52,507 bases of DNA from Rickettsiales bacterium (lineage in GTDB: Bacteria; Pseudomonadota; Alphaproteobacteria; Rickettsiales; JBIKYU01): contig JBIKYU010000004.1 of assembly GCA_044355085.1 (NCBI GenBank), positions 1 to 52,507 of the forward strand, given 5' to 3'. Numbering within the stretch: position 1 is the stretch's first letter; every line of letters starts with the position of its first letter. The translations under genes and the position numbers were made by a program. Shown here piece by piece: positions 30,861 through 39,803 of the stretch. The notes below the pieces were generated by a model. It did not search any database and was not told the origin of the DNA. It saw only the letters and a program-made list of their open reading frames with translations.

Positions 30861-31946
30861 ATGCAGATTACAGAGCTAGTTGCGTTCGCAAAAAAACATC
30901 AAGCATCAGACTTGCATTTATCTTCTAATCATCCACCGACATTGCGGATTCATGGGCAGATTGTGCCTCTTAGAGTTGCTGCGCTTAACGCTGTCGAAGT
31001 TGGAGAAATTGTGCATTCAATCATGAATGATAGTCAGCGCAACGATTATAAAAAATACCAAGAAATAGATTTTGCAGTGCAGTTTGATGATGAAACGCGC
31101 TACCGGGTTAATGCGTTTACTGATGTGAATGGACCTGGTGTGGTGATGCGGGAGATTCCGTTAAAAATTCGTAGCTTAGAAGAGCTAAAATTACCTGCGG
31201 TTTTGTCGCGCTTGGTGAAGCTAAGCAAAGGTTTGATTTTGGTAACTGGTCCAACAGGAAGTGGAAAATCAACAACTTTGGCGGCGATGATTAATGCGAT
31301 AAATCAAACTCAGCAGCGTCATATTATTACTATTGAGGATCCAGTAGAATTTTTGCATCGTTCGCAAAAATGTTTAGTTAATCAGCGCGAAGTTGGTTCG
31401 CATACACAATCATTTTCGCGCGCGTTAAAAAGTGCTTTGCGTGAAGATCCAGATGTAATTTTAGTAGGAGAGTTGCGCGATATAGAAACAATTCGTATGG
31501 CGCTAACAGCAGCAGAAACAGGGCATTTGGTGTTGGCGACGCTGCATACTAGCTCTGCGGCTACGACAATTGATCGTGTTATTGACGTGTTCCCTCCAGG
31601 CGATAAAGACATGGTGCGGATGATGCTCTCAACTTCAATAGAGGGAATTATCGCGCAGCTATTATTGCGCAATGCTGATGGTAAGGGCAGGACAGCTGTG
31701 CATGAAATTTTATTGGCGAGCTCGGCTGTGCGTAATTTAATTCGTGATCATAAAATTCCGCAGATTTATTCGCTGATGCAGGTTGGCTCGCGCGTTGGCA
31801 TGTGCACTATGCGTGATAGTGTTCAACAAGTGCTTGAGAAGGGAATAATATCGCGCGATGAAATGCGCAGCGTGCTTAATTTAGAAGGTGATGATAATTC
31901 TAGCGCTAATAATATAGCGGATTCTTCGTCTACGACTAGGTTCTAG
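30861..31946 (+). CDS. pilT: Type IV pilus retraction ATPase PilT
   Basis: ASDLHL, GPTGSGKST, TIEDPVE, LREDPD, AAETGH, AVRNLIRD (AIRNLIRE variant). Confidence 0.96.
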   Translation: MQITELVAFAKKHQASDLHLSSNHPPTLRIHGQIVPLRVAALNAVEVGEIVHSIMNDSQRNDYKKYQEIDFAVQFDDETRYRVNAFTDVNGPGVVMREIPLKIRSLEELKLPAVLSRLVKLSKGLILVTGPTGSGKSTTLAAMINAINQTQQRHIITIEDPVEFLHRSQKCLVNQREVGSHTQSFSRALKSALREDPDVILVGELRDIETIRMALTAAETGHLVLATLHTSSAATTIDRVIDVFPPGDKDMVRMMLSTSIEGIIAQLLLRNADGKGRTAVHEILLASSAVRNLIRDHKIPQIYSLMQVGSRVGMCTMRDSVQQVLEKGIISRDEMRSVLNLEGDDNSSANNIADSSSTTRF

Positions 31947-31992
31947 CTTTTTAATTGCTATGGGCCTTGGCAGAAGAATATTTATCCGAAAA

Positions 31993-33390
31993 TCAGTCGC
32001 AAAATTTAGGCAGGCTGAGCGCGTGCGGAGCAAGTAAATTTTCTAATTCCGCATAAAGTTTTGGCAGAGAATCGGCTTTATAGGCCTCAACGCGTGCAAC
32101 CAAAACTGGTTCAGTATTAGAGGCGCGCAGCAGCCACCAACCTTCATCCGTATGAACGCGCAAGCCATCAGTGGTAATTATCTCGGCTTTTGAAGAGGCA
32201 AGCGCTTTGCTGATTGCGCTGAGTATCATCGGTTTTTTTTCATCGGCGCAATTAATTCTAATTTCTGGTGTTGCATACATGCGCGGATATTCTTTCAGGA
32301 GCGATGCAAGCGGCTGTCCTTTACGCGCAACCAAATCAAATAATTTGACGCCAGCATAGAGTGCATCATCGATGCCGTAATGTTCTTTGAAGAAAATATG
32401 GCCGCTCATTTCTCCTGCAATTAATGCGTTTGTGGCTTCCATTTTTGCTTTGATCAAAGAATGGCCTGTCTTCCACATCATAGCGTTTGCGCCATGTTTG
32501 GAGATTTCATTGAAGAATGCTTGGCTGGTTTTTACATCGGCGATGAAAGTAGCGCTTGCATTTTGTGTTAGTGCATCTTTGGCGAAAAGATAGAGCAGCT
32601 GATCGCCCCATAAAATATTTCCGTGCTGATCTACAACGCCTATACGGTCGCCATCTCCATCTAGCGCAACACCAAAATCGTAATGATCACGTTTGACGAT
32701 ATCAATTAGCTGCTGCAAATTTTCGGGCTTAGTTGGATCGGGGTGATGCGCAGGAAAATCGCCATCAATAGCGCCGTTTATCAGTAAATGGCGACCTGGT
32801 AGCATTATTAATAGCTGGCGGAGAATGTCTCCCGCTGCTCCGTTGCCTGGATCCCAGGCGATTGCTGGTAAATAATGCGTAGACGCGACATTAAACGCGC
32901 GTGTGAGAGAAGATAAATACGAGGAGTGAATATTGTGCGATTGAACTTTGCCGTTGCCGCTTATACACTTGCTTTGGTCGTTTGCGAGAGTTTGTAGATT
33001 CTCGATTGCTTCACCAAATAAAGTGGTGTGCTGGCACATCATTTTGAAGCCATTATATTGGGGCGCGTTATGCGAGCCTGTAATCATAAGGCCGCCAGCG
33101 GCTTGGAGCGTGTGTGTGGCGTAATAAAGCATCGGGGTTGGTCCGCAACCAAGATCGAGAACATCAGCGCCGCTTTCAATAAAAGCTTTGGTCATAATTG
33201 CGTGTAATTTGGGCGAAGAATGACGTCCGTCATAGGCCAAGCAAATTGTTGGTGCGTGAGTTTTTGCATGGGTTTGTACGTATGATGCAAAGGCGCGGCC
33301 AATCTTATAGGCGGCATCATCGGTTAGGGCTTCATCCACAATGCCGCGAATATCGTAAGCGCGAAAAAGAGAGGAATTTATATCAGTCAT
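31993..33390 (-). CDS. Phosphomannomutase/phosphoglucomutase (AlgC-like)
   Basis: FRAYDIRG, TGSHN, DGDGDR, GEMSGH, RASNTEP. Confidence 0.96.
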   Translation of the reverse strand: MTDINSSLFRAYDIRGIVDEALTDDAAYKIGRAFASYVQTHAKTHAPTICLAYDGRHSSPKLHAIMTKAFIESGADVLDLGCGPTPMLYYATHTLQAAGGLMITGSHNAPQYNGFKMMCQHTTLFGEAIENLQTLANDQSKCISGNGKVQSHNIHSSYLSSLTRAFNVASTHYLPAIAWDPGNGAAGDILRQLLIMLPGRHLLINGAIDGDFPAHHPDPTKPENLQQLIDIVKRDHYDFGVALDGDGDRIGVVDQHGNILWGDQLLYLFAKDALTQNASATFIADVKTSQAFFNEISKHGANAMMWKTGHSLIKAKMEATNALIAGEMSGHIFFKEHYGIDDALYAGVKLFDLVARKGQPLASLLKEYPRMYATPEIRINCADEKKPMILSAISKALASSKAEIITTDGLRVHTDEGWWLLRASNTEPVLVARVEAYKADSLPKLYAELENLLAPHALSLPKFCD

Positions 33391-34194
33391 TTATTTGCTC
33401 GCTAAAGAAGATGCAGAAGAAAAAGGTTTTTTATTAGGCATGCGGCTTAAGATTGGGTCAATCAGGCAGTTTGGTAGGGCAGCCATAAGACGCACCGCAA
33501 AAGAAAATGGAAAAGGAAAGCTAATTAAGGCGGAATTTTTTTCTAGTTTGCGTTTGATATAAAGCGCTGCATCTTTTGCAGGAAGCAAAAAAGGCATCGG
33601 AAAATCATTCACATCAGTCATTGGTGTTTGAATATATCCAGGAGTAATAACGCTAAGTTGGATTCCTGATTTTTTTAGCAATGGCCGCAATCCTTCGCCG
33701 TAGGCTCTAACTGCGGCTTTGCTGGCGCTGTAAGATGGGCAATTGGGCAATCCACGAAAACCAGCAAGGGAACTTATCAGCGCAATTTGTCCGCATCCGC
33801 GCTTATAAAAATAGGGCAGAATTGGGTGAATAGTATTGAGTGTGCCAAATAAATTCGTGGCAAAAATCATTTCGCTTTGCGTGGCTGATTCTGGCTCGCT
33901 TCCTGATGTTCCAGCAGAGATTCCTGCATTGGCGATAACTAAATCGATGGCGTGTTCTGTTGTAATTACCGCAATCCAATCAGAAAAAGATTTTTGATCG
34001 CAAATATCTAAGTTGTGGAAGAAAACTTCTGCGCCTTTTGCGCGACAAATTTGAGCGCTTTTTTCTAAGCGTTCGTGATTGCGCGCGGTTAGAAATAAGG
34101 TGATTCCAGCTGCAGCATAAATTTCTGCAAGCGCTGCGCCTAAGCCACTGCTTGCACCAGTTATAAGAATATTTTTGGGTTTGTTGATGGCCAT
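33391..34194 (-). CDS. SDR-family oxidoreductase
   Basis: ITGASSGLG, NAGIS, YSASK. Start moved to ATG 34194, right after the Rrf2 stop. Confidence 0.93.
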   Translation of the reverse strand: MAINKPKNILITGASSGLGAALAEIYAAAGITLFLTARNHERLEKSAQICRAKGAEVFFHNLDICDQKSFSDWIAVITTEHAIDLVIANAGISAGTSGSEPESATQSEMIFATNLFGTLNTIHPILPYFYKRGCGQIALISSLAGFRGLPNCPSYSASKAAVRAYGEGLRPLLKKSGIQLSVITPGYIQTPMTDVNDFPMPFLLPAKDAALYIKRKLEKNSALISFPFPFSFAVRLMAALPNCLIDPILSRMPNKKPFSSASSLASK

Positions 34195-34195
34195 T

Positions 34196-34633
34196 TTATA
34201 CACAATAATCGAGAACGTGATTTGCTCTAGAAACGTCTGAAAGCTTTGTGTTATCAAGGATTCCACTGGTGCTGTTTCGCACTTGTAGAAAAACATGACG
34301 AATCGCACAATTGGCTTCATCGCGACAATCTTCGCAGCGTTGATAGGCAGTTTTGCTGACGCAAGGAAGCAGTGCTAATGGGCCATCGATAACGCGCAAA
34401 ATATCACCAAAAGTTATGTCTTGCGGAGGTTTGGCGAGTTGATAGCCACCATGCGTGCCGCGATAGCTTTTTACCAAATTAGCATTTTTTAATTGCTGTA
34501 AAATTGCATCAAGAAATTTTTTGGGCAAGCCCTCCTGTGCAGCCATTTCTGCGCATTGCAGGGGTTTGTTTTGTGATTCTGTAGCAAGAAGAAGCATCGC
34601 TTTTAGTGCGTAGCGTGATTTCTGCGATAGCAT
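34196..34633 (-). CDS. Rrf2-family transcriptional regulator (four-Cys type)
   Basis: RYALKAM, SYRGTHGGYQL, C-terminal PCVSKTAYQRCEDCRDEANC. Confidence 0.93.
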   Translation of the reverse strand: MLSQKSRYALKAMLLLATESQNKPLQCAEMAAQEGLPKKFLDAILQQLKNANLVKSYRGTHGGYQLAKPPQDITFGDILRVIDGPLALLPCVSKTAYQRCEDCRDEANCAIRHVFLQVRNSTSGILDNTKLSDVSRANHVLDYCV

Positions 34634-34765
34634 AATAACCTTATATTTTGTTTAGTGATTAGCGGTATATCATAGCTTCATATATGCAAAATAGCCTTTT
34701 TGCTGGTTTCTTCATTTTTTTTTCTGATGATGCAGCGCAAATTTATAAGATTCATAGAGGAAAAT

Positions 34766-36196
34766 ATGAAGTCGTATGGTTTATGGATTGATGGTAATTG
34801 GCGCAAATCTAGCTCTATGGAATGGTTTGCGGTTGAGAATCCTGCAAACGGAGAAAAAATAGCGGAAGTTTCTAGCGCCAATGCTGAAGATGTGGAGTTG
34901 GCTGTTTCTGCGGCTTATCGGGCCTTCTTGCAATGGAGGAAATTAACAGCGCGTGTGCGTGCGGATTTTTTGCGGCGCTGGTATGAATTAATTATAGAAG
35001 CTGGAAATGAACTCGCTGCTTTGATTACCAAAGAGCAGGGCAAGCCTTTTCAAGAAGCTCAGGCAGAAATAAAATATGCGGCTTCTTTCCTGCAGTGGTT
35101 TTCTGAAGAAGCGCCGCGCGTTTATGGTCAGGTGATTCCTTCGCCGTGGGATGATGAAAAAATCTATACGCTGAAAGAGCCAGTTGGTGTGGCTTTGCTG
35201 ATTACGCCGTGGAATTTCCCTGCAGCGATGATTACGAGAAAAGCTGGTGCTGCTTTGGCAGCTGGTTGTGCGGTGATTATAAAACCTGCATCTGATACGC
35301 CACTTACGGCTCTGCGGTTGGCTGAGCTTGCTTCTGTGGCTGGAATTCCTGCTGGTGTTGTAAATGTTGTAACTGGTGATGCAGAAAAAATTACAAAAAT
35401 TTGCATGGACGATGAGCGAATTAGAAAAGTTAGTTTCACTGGTTCAACAGCAATTGGCAAAAAATTGATGCAGCAGGCGGCTAAAACTATGAAGCGCTTG
35501 TCGCTGGAATTGGGAGGAAATGCGCCTTTCATCGTTTGCGAAGATGCGAATATCGATGCAGCATTAGAAGGTTTGATGCGTAGTAAATTCCGCAATGCTG
35601 GTCAGACTTGCATTGCAGCGAATCGGGTTTTGTTGCATGAAAAAATTCAACAACAATTTGTCGAAAAATTATTAGCGAAAATTTCAGCGTTAAAAATCGG
35701 TAATGGCGAAGATGGAAACACCGATATTGGTCCGTTGATTAACGCGAAAGCGGTAATGCGCGTTGCTGGAGGAATTGAATCCGCAATAAATTTAGGCGCA
35801 AAATGCATAATTGGTGGCGAGAGAAATTCTGCAGGTGCGAATTTTTTCACACCAACTATTTTGCTTGATATGCCAATAGAGGCAAATTTTTGGCAGGAAG
35901 AAATTTTTGCTCCGATTGTAGCGATAAAATCTTTTTCAAGCGATGAAGAGGCGCTGATTCTGGCTAATAATCAGGCTTACGGCTTGGCTAGTTATTGTTA
36001 TACAGTAACAAATTCACGCATGGAGAGTTATATAAAAAATCTCGATTTTGGCATGGTGGCAATGAATAGCGGTGTGCTTTCAACCTCGGTTGCGCCTTTT
36101 GGTGGACGCAAAGAATCAGGCTTTGGCCGCGAGGGCGGGAGTGAAGGAATCGCAGAATATTTGGATGTGAAAATGATACATTTGGGAGTGGTGTAG
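34766..36196 (+). CDS. gabD: NAD(P)-dependent succinate-semialdehyde dehydrogenase-like ALDH
   Basis: ITPWNFP, FTGST, ELGGNAP, KFRNAGQTC, EEIFAP. Start ATG 34766 behind GAGG. Confidence 0.9.
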   Translation: MKSYGLWIDGNWRKSSSMEWFAVENPANGEKIAEVSSANAEDVELAVSAAYRAFLQWRKLTARVRADFLRRWYELIIEAGNELAALITKEQGKPFQEAQAEIKYAASFLQWFSEEAPRVYGQVIPSPWDDEKIYTLKEPVGVALLITPWNFPAAMITRKAGAALAAGCAVIIKPASDTPLTALRLAELASVAGIPAGVVNVVTGDAEKITKICMDDERIRKVSFTGSTAIGKKLMQQAAKTMKRLSLELGGNAPFIVCEDANIDAALEGLMRSKFRNAGQTCIAANRVLLHEKIQQQFVEKLLAKISALKIGNGEDGNTDIGPLINAKAVMRVAGGIESAINLGAKCIIGGERNSAGANFFTPTILLDMPIEANFWQEEIFAPIVAIKSFSSDEEALILANNQAYGLASYCYTVTNSRMESYIKNLDFGMVAMNSGVLSTSVAPFGGRKESGFGREGGSEGIAEYLDVKMIHLGVV

Positions 36197-37464
36197 TGCA
36201 GAATTTTTCTCCTTCATGGTATCAGGAAAATTTCCAATATCTTTGGTATCCATACGCGCAAATGCAAACGATGATGCCGCCATTGCCAGTAGTTTCTGCG
36301 CAAGGCGTGCGGATTAATCTAGGCGATGGTAGAAGTTTAATTGACGGAATTTCTTCGTGGTGGAGCGTTTGTCACGGTTATCAGCATCCGCATATTGTCG
36401 AAGAAATGCAGAAGCAATTGGGTAAGATTTCGCATGTGATGTTTGCAGGAATTGCGCATGAGGGCGCTTATATTTTGGCGCAGCGTTTGTGTAAATTAGC
36501 GCGGCTTGAGAAAATATTTTTTACTGATTCAGGTTCAACTGCGATTGAAACAGCGATGAAAATTGCGGTGCAATATTGGCGCAATAATGGGCATAAATAT
36601 CGCAATAAATTTGTCTGTTTTCAGAATGGCTATCATGGCGACACAATGGGCGCGATGTCGCTTTCTGATCAAACTGGCGGTTTGTATAAATTTGCGCATG
36701 CTTATATGCCTGAGCAATATTCAATTCCAATTCCTGCTGATGAATATGCATTTGCAGAATTTGATAGTTTGTTAGCAGCGATGGCGCGCAGTGTTGCAGC
36801 TGTAGTGATTGAGCCGTTGGTGCAGGGCGCAGGTGGAATGCGTTTTCACACGGCTGATGTTTTAGCGGAAATTTCACGCATCACAAAAAAACATGGTTTG
36901 CTTTTAATTGCTGATGAAGTGATGACGGGTTTTTATCGCACGGGAAATTTATTCGCCCATCAAGAAGCAGGAATTCTGCCAGATATTTTATGTGTGGGTA
37001 AGGCGCTAACGGGCGGAATGATTGGCATGGCGGCAGCGCTCACAACGCAGCAAGTTTATGATGCTTTCTTAGGTGAATCATTAGATTTGGCGCTGATGAG
37101 TGGTCCAACTTTTATGGCGAATCCGTTGGCTTGTGCTGCTGCTAATGCATCGCTTGATTTATTCGAGCGCGAGCCACGCAGCAAACAAGTCGAGAAAATA
37201 GAAAAAATTCTGCACGAAGAATTATCACCATGTTTGCAATATAAAAATATCATCGATGTGCGGGTGAAAGGCGCAATTGCTGTGGTGCAATGCGAAGGTC
37301 TCAACTGGCAGAAAATCCAAGCTTTGCGTGCTAAAGCGCAAGAGCTCGGCGTTTGGTTGCGGCCATTTTCTGATGTGATTTATGTGATGCCGCCATTTGT
37401 AATTAGTGAAGAAGATCTGCGTTTATTATGTGGAGTGGTGCGAGAGTTAGCTAGTGGTGTTTGA
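36196..37464 (+). CDS. bioA: Adenosylmethionine-8-amino-7-oxononanoate aminotransferase
   Basis: WYPYAQM, DGISSWW, GYHGDT, DEVMTGF, GKALTGG, WLRPF. Confidence 0.93.
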   Translation: MQNFSPSWYQENFQYLWYPYAQMQTMMPPLPVVSAQGVRINLGDGRSLIDGISSWWSVCHGYQHPHIVEEMQKQLGKISHVMFAGIAHEGAYILAQRLCKLARLEKIFFTDSGSTAIETAMKIAVQYWRNNGHKYRNKFVCFQNGYHGDTMGAMSLSDQTGGLYKFAHAYMPEQYSIPIPADEYAFAEFDSLLAAMARSVAAVVIEPLVQGAGGMRFHTADVLAEISRITKKHGLLLIADEVMTGFYRTGNLFAHQEAGILPDILCVGKALTGGMIGMAAALTTQQVYDAFLGESLDLALMSGPTFMANPLACAAANASLDLFEREPRSKQVEKIEKILHEELSPCLQYKNIIDVRVKGAIAVVQCEGLNWQKIQALRAKAQELGVWLRPFSDVIYVMPPFVISEEDLRLLCGVVRELASGV

Positions 37465-37486
37465 GCGGCAAGAACCACTAGCTAGC
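37446..37486. terminator. Hairpin between convergent bioA and ahpD
   Basis: GTTAGCTAGTGGT...ACCACTAGCTAGC inverted repeat spanning the bioA stop; no clear U-tract. Confidence 0.4.
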
Positions 37487-37506
37487 ATTGTTATAAAGTA
37501 GCATTG

Positions 37507-38049
37507 TTATTTTGTAACAAGTATATGTGAGAAAGCATTGACAACAGCGGCGATACGCACTGCAGATTGCGAACCGATTTTGCTAATTCCTGCTTTTCCG
37601 ACTTCATGTAAATGAGCTTCCATGCACATTCCGCAGCCATTTATCGCAGAAACAGCCAGACTCATAAGTTCAAAATCAACTTTGGCAATTTGTGGATTGC
37701 CAATAATATTCATGCGCAATTTGGCTGGTAGCGATTTAATTTCGGCATCATTTGATAAATGCACGAAGCGATAATAAACATTGTTCATCGCCATAATTGC
37801 AGCAGCAGCGCGCGCAGCATTTATATATTCCGCCGATAAAACGCTGCTTAAATCATTTTCTAATGCGGTAATTAAAACGGAGTTTTTTGTCGCATAGGCT
37901 GAGGCGAGAAAAATTCCTAGACGTTGTTCATCGCTTAAATCTGGCGCACCATCTGCATTTACGAGTGTGCCTAAATTCAGGCGAATATCTTTGGCGTAAT
38001 CTGGCAGAGAGTCACGCAATTGTTCAAGATGTGAAAGAATGTTGCTCAT
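37507..38049 (-). CDS. ahpD: Alkyl hydroperoxidase AhpD
   Basis: PDYAKDIRLNL, MAMNNVYYR, SAINGCGMCMEAH. Confidence 0.96.
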   Translation of the reverse strand: MSNILSHLEQLRDSLPDYAKDIRLNLGTLVNADGAPDLSDEQRLGIFLASAYATKNSVLITALENDLSSVLSAEYINAARAAAAIMAMNNVYYRFVHLSNDAEIKSLPAKLRMNIIGNPQIAKVDFELMSLAVSAINGCGMCMEAHLHEVGKAGISKIGSQSAVRIAAVVNAFSHILVTK

Positions 38050-38071
38050 AAAATCCTCGTTTTTTTAAATT

Positions 38072-38115
38072 GGGCGGCGTCTTGTAGTTATTCAGGAAAT
38101 ACTATGACGCCGCCC
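38072..38115. other. Intercistronic stem-loop between ahpC and ahpD
   Basis: Perfect 10-bp IR GGGCGGCGTC / GACGCCGCCC. Confidence 0.75.
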
Positions 38116-38123
38116 GTTTTTGC

Positions 38124-38663
38124 TTATGAAATTTTGATGGTGTCTTCGCCTTTTTGCCAGTTGCACGGGCAGAGCTCATCGGTTTGTAAGGCATCAAGGA
38201 CACGCAAAACTTCGCGCACATTGCGGCCAACATTTAGATCGGTAACCATGACGAATCTGATTATTCCTTCAGGATCGATGATAAAAGTTGCGCGCTGGGC
38301 TACGCCTTCTTGTGGATCGAGAATGCCAAGTGCGGTTGATAATTCGCGTTTAACATCAGCAAGCATCGGGAAGGGTAGATCATGCAAATCTTTGTGGTTT
38401 TGTCGCCAAGCCAGATGCACAAATTCTGAATCGGTGCTGGCGCCATAAACAACTGTGTCGCGGTCGGAAAATTCGCGCGATAATTTGCCAAATTCGGCAA
38501 TTTCAGTCGGGCAAACGAAGGTAAAATCTTTCGGCCAGAAAAATAAAACCAGCCATTTTCCGCGAGAGTTTTCTTGAGTGATTTCAGTAAAAGCATTTTT
38601 AATATCGGTTGAAATAGTTGCTTTTACGCGAAAATCAGGAAGTTTTTGACCGACGCTTAACAT
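38124..38663 (-). CDS. ahpC: Peroxiredoxin AhpC (AhpD-partnered type)
   Basis: FFWPKDFTFVCPTEI and DELCPCNW. Confidence 0.98.
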   Translation of the reverse strand: MLSVGQKLPDFRVKATISTDIKNAFTEITQENSRGKWLVLFFWPKDFTFVCPTEIAEFGKLSREFSDRDTVVYGASTDSEFVHLAWRQNHKDLHDLPFPMLADVKRELSTALGILDPQEGVAQRATFIIDPEGIIRFVMVTDLNVGRNVREVLRVLDALQTDELCPCNWQKGEDTIKIS

Positions 38664-38690
38664 TTTTTTCTCCTTAGTTTTTGATTAAAG

Positions 38691-38822
38691 TTAGGCTTTG
38701 AGAGAAGAGTTTTTCTTGAGAAGTTTTCTGCACTCACATTGGGCTTCTTTAGAAATTGTCTTGCTTTCAGCAGCAAGCTGCATCTGACAAAACAACAGCC
38801 AGGAATCGATATCGTGAGACAT
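38691..38822 (-). CDS. Candidate 43-aa small protein upstream of ahpC
   Basis: AAGGAG RBS 8 nt before the ATG; MSHDIDSWLLFCQMQLAAESKTISKEAQCECRKLLKKNSSLKA*; below the ORF-track cutoff. Confidence 0.55.
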   Translation of the reverse strand: MSHDIDSWLLFCQMQLAAESKTISKEAQCECRKLLKKNSSLKA

Positions 38823-38879
38823 ATAGATTCTCCTTGAGGGTTTAAATTTAAGTAGATGCAATATGCGCCAAAATTTTCT

Positions 38880-38925
38880 ATTGATAAAATATATTGTTTA
38901 AAAGGTTATAATTGAGAAAATCGAA
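38880..38925. promoter_or_regulatory. Probable OxyR operator
   Basis: Two LysR T-N11-A boxes (ATTGATAAAATATAT and ATTGAGAAAATCGAA) 31 bp apart, between divergent ahpC and oxyR. Confidence 0.6.
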
Positions 38926-38927
38926 TT

Positions 38928-39803
38928 ATGAATTTGCGTGATCTTGAATATATTTTGGCGATTGCAGAGTTTAAAAACATGGCAAAAGCCGCAGAAAACT
39001 GCAATGTAAGCCAATCAACATTAAGTATTCAGTTGAAAAAACTTGAAGGAGAATTGGGCGTTGTTTTATTCGAGCGCAATAATAAACGGGTGATTTTATC
39101 GCAAGAAGGTTTGGCGATATTGCCTTATGCAGAGGAAATAATTCGTAATGCGAAAGCCATGCGAATTAAGGCAAAGTCGTTGCGCGCCCCTGAGTCTCTG
39201 CCGCTTAAGATTGGTGCTTTTCCTACGCTTGCGCCTTATTGGTTTCCAAAATTTGTGCGCCAAATTCGAAAGAATTTTCCGCATTTGCAATTGATATTGA
39301 TTGAAGAAAAAACCGATTCTTTGTTGGAAAAACTACATGCGGGAGAAATAGATTGCGCGGCGTTGGCTTATCCTGTTGAGGGCAAAGATTTGGCTTATAA
39401 AAAAATATTTAAAGAGCCGTTTTTCTTGGCGATTTCTAATAATCATGATTTGGCGAAGCGTAAATTTATTCGTCCAGAAGAAATCGCTGATGAAGAAATT
39501 TTGCTTCTGGATGAGGGGCATTGTTTGCGCGGGCAAGCGCTGGATTTTTGTTTGCGCGTGCAGTTGCGCGAAGCACAGAATTACCGCGCCACAAGCTTAG
39601 AAACTTTGCGGAATATGGTGCGTGCAGGTTCTGGAATGACGATTATTCCTGAATGTGCAGTTCCAGGAAAAGATTATGGAATTAGTTATATTCCATTCAA
39701 AAAGCCTGAACCTGGTAGAACCATTGCAATTTACTGGCGCAATATGAATCCGCGCGCAGATTGGATCAAAAAATTGGCGGATTCTTTGGAAGATAAAAAA
39801 TGA
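38928..39803 (+). CDS. oxyR: Hydrogen peroxide sensor OxyR
   Basis: LysR HTH; GHCLRGQALDFC redox Cys pair; ATSLETLRNMV; divergent from ahpCD. Confidence 0.95.
   Translation: MNLRDLEYILAIAEFKNMAKAAENCNVSQSTLSIQLKKLEGELGVVLFERNNKRVILSQEGLAILPYAEEIIRNAKAMRIKAKSLRAPESLPLKIGAFPTLAPYWFPKFVRQIRKNFPHLQLILIEEKTDSLLEKLHAGEIDCAALAYPVEGKDLAYKKIFKEPFFLAISNNHDLAKRKFIRPEEIADEEILLLDEGHCLRGQALDFCLRVQLREAQNYRATSLETLRNMVRAGSGMTIIPECAVPGKDYGISYIPFKKPEPGRTIAIYWRNMNPRADWIKKLADSLEDKK

Noticed and set aside
34686-34703. GCAAAA-N6-TTTTGC palindrome as an Rrf2 operator
   Set aside because: Short and AT-rich with no second supporting copy; not distinguishable from chance.
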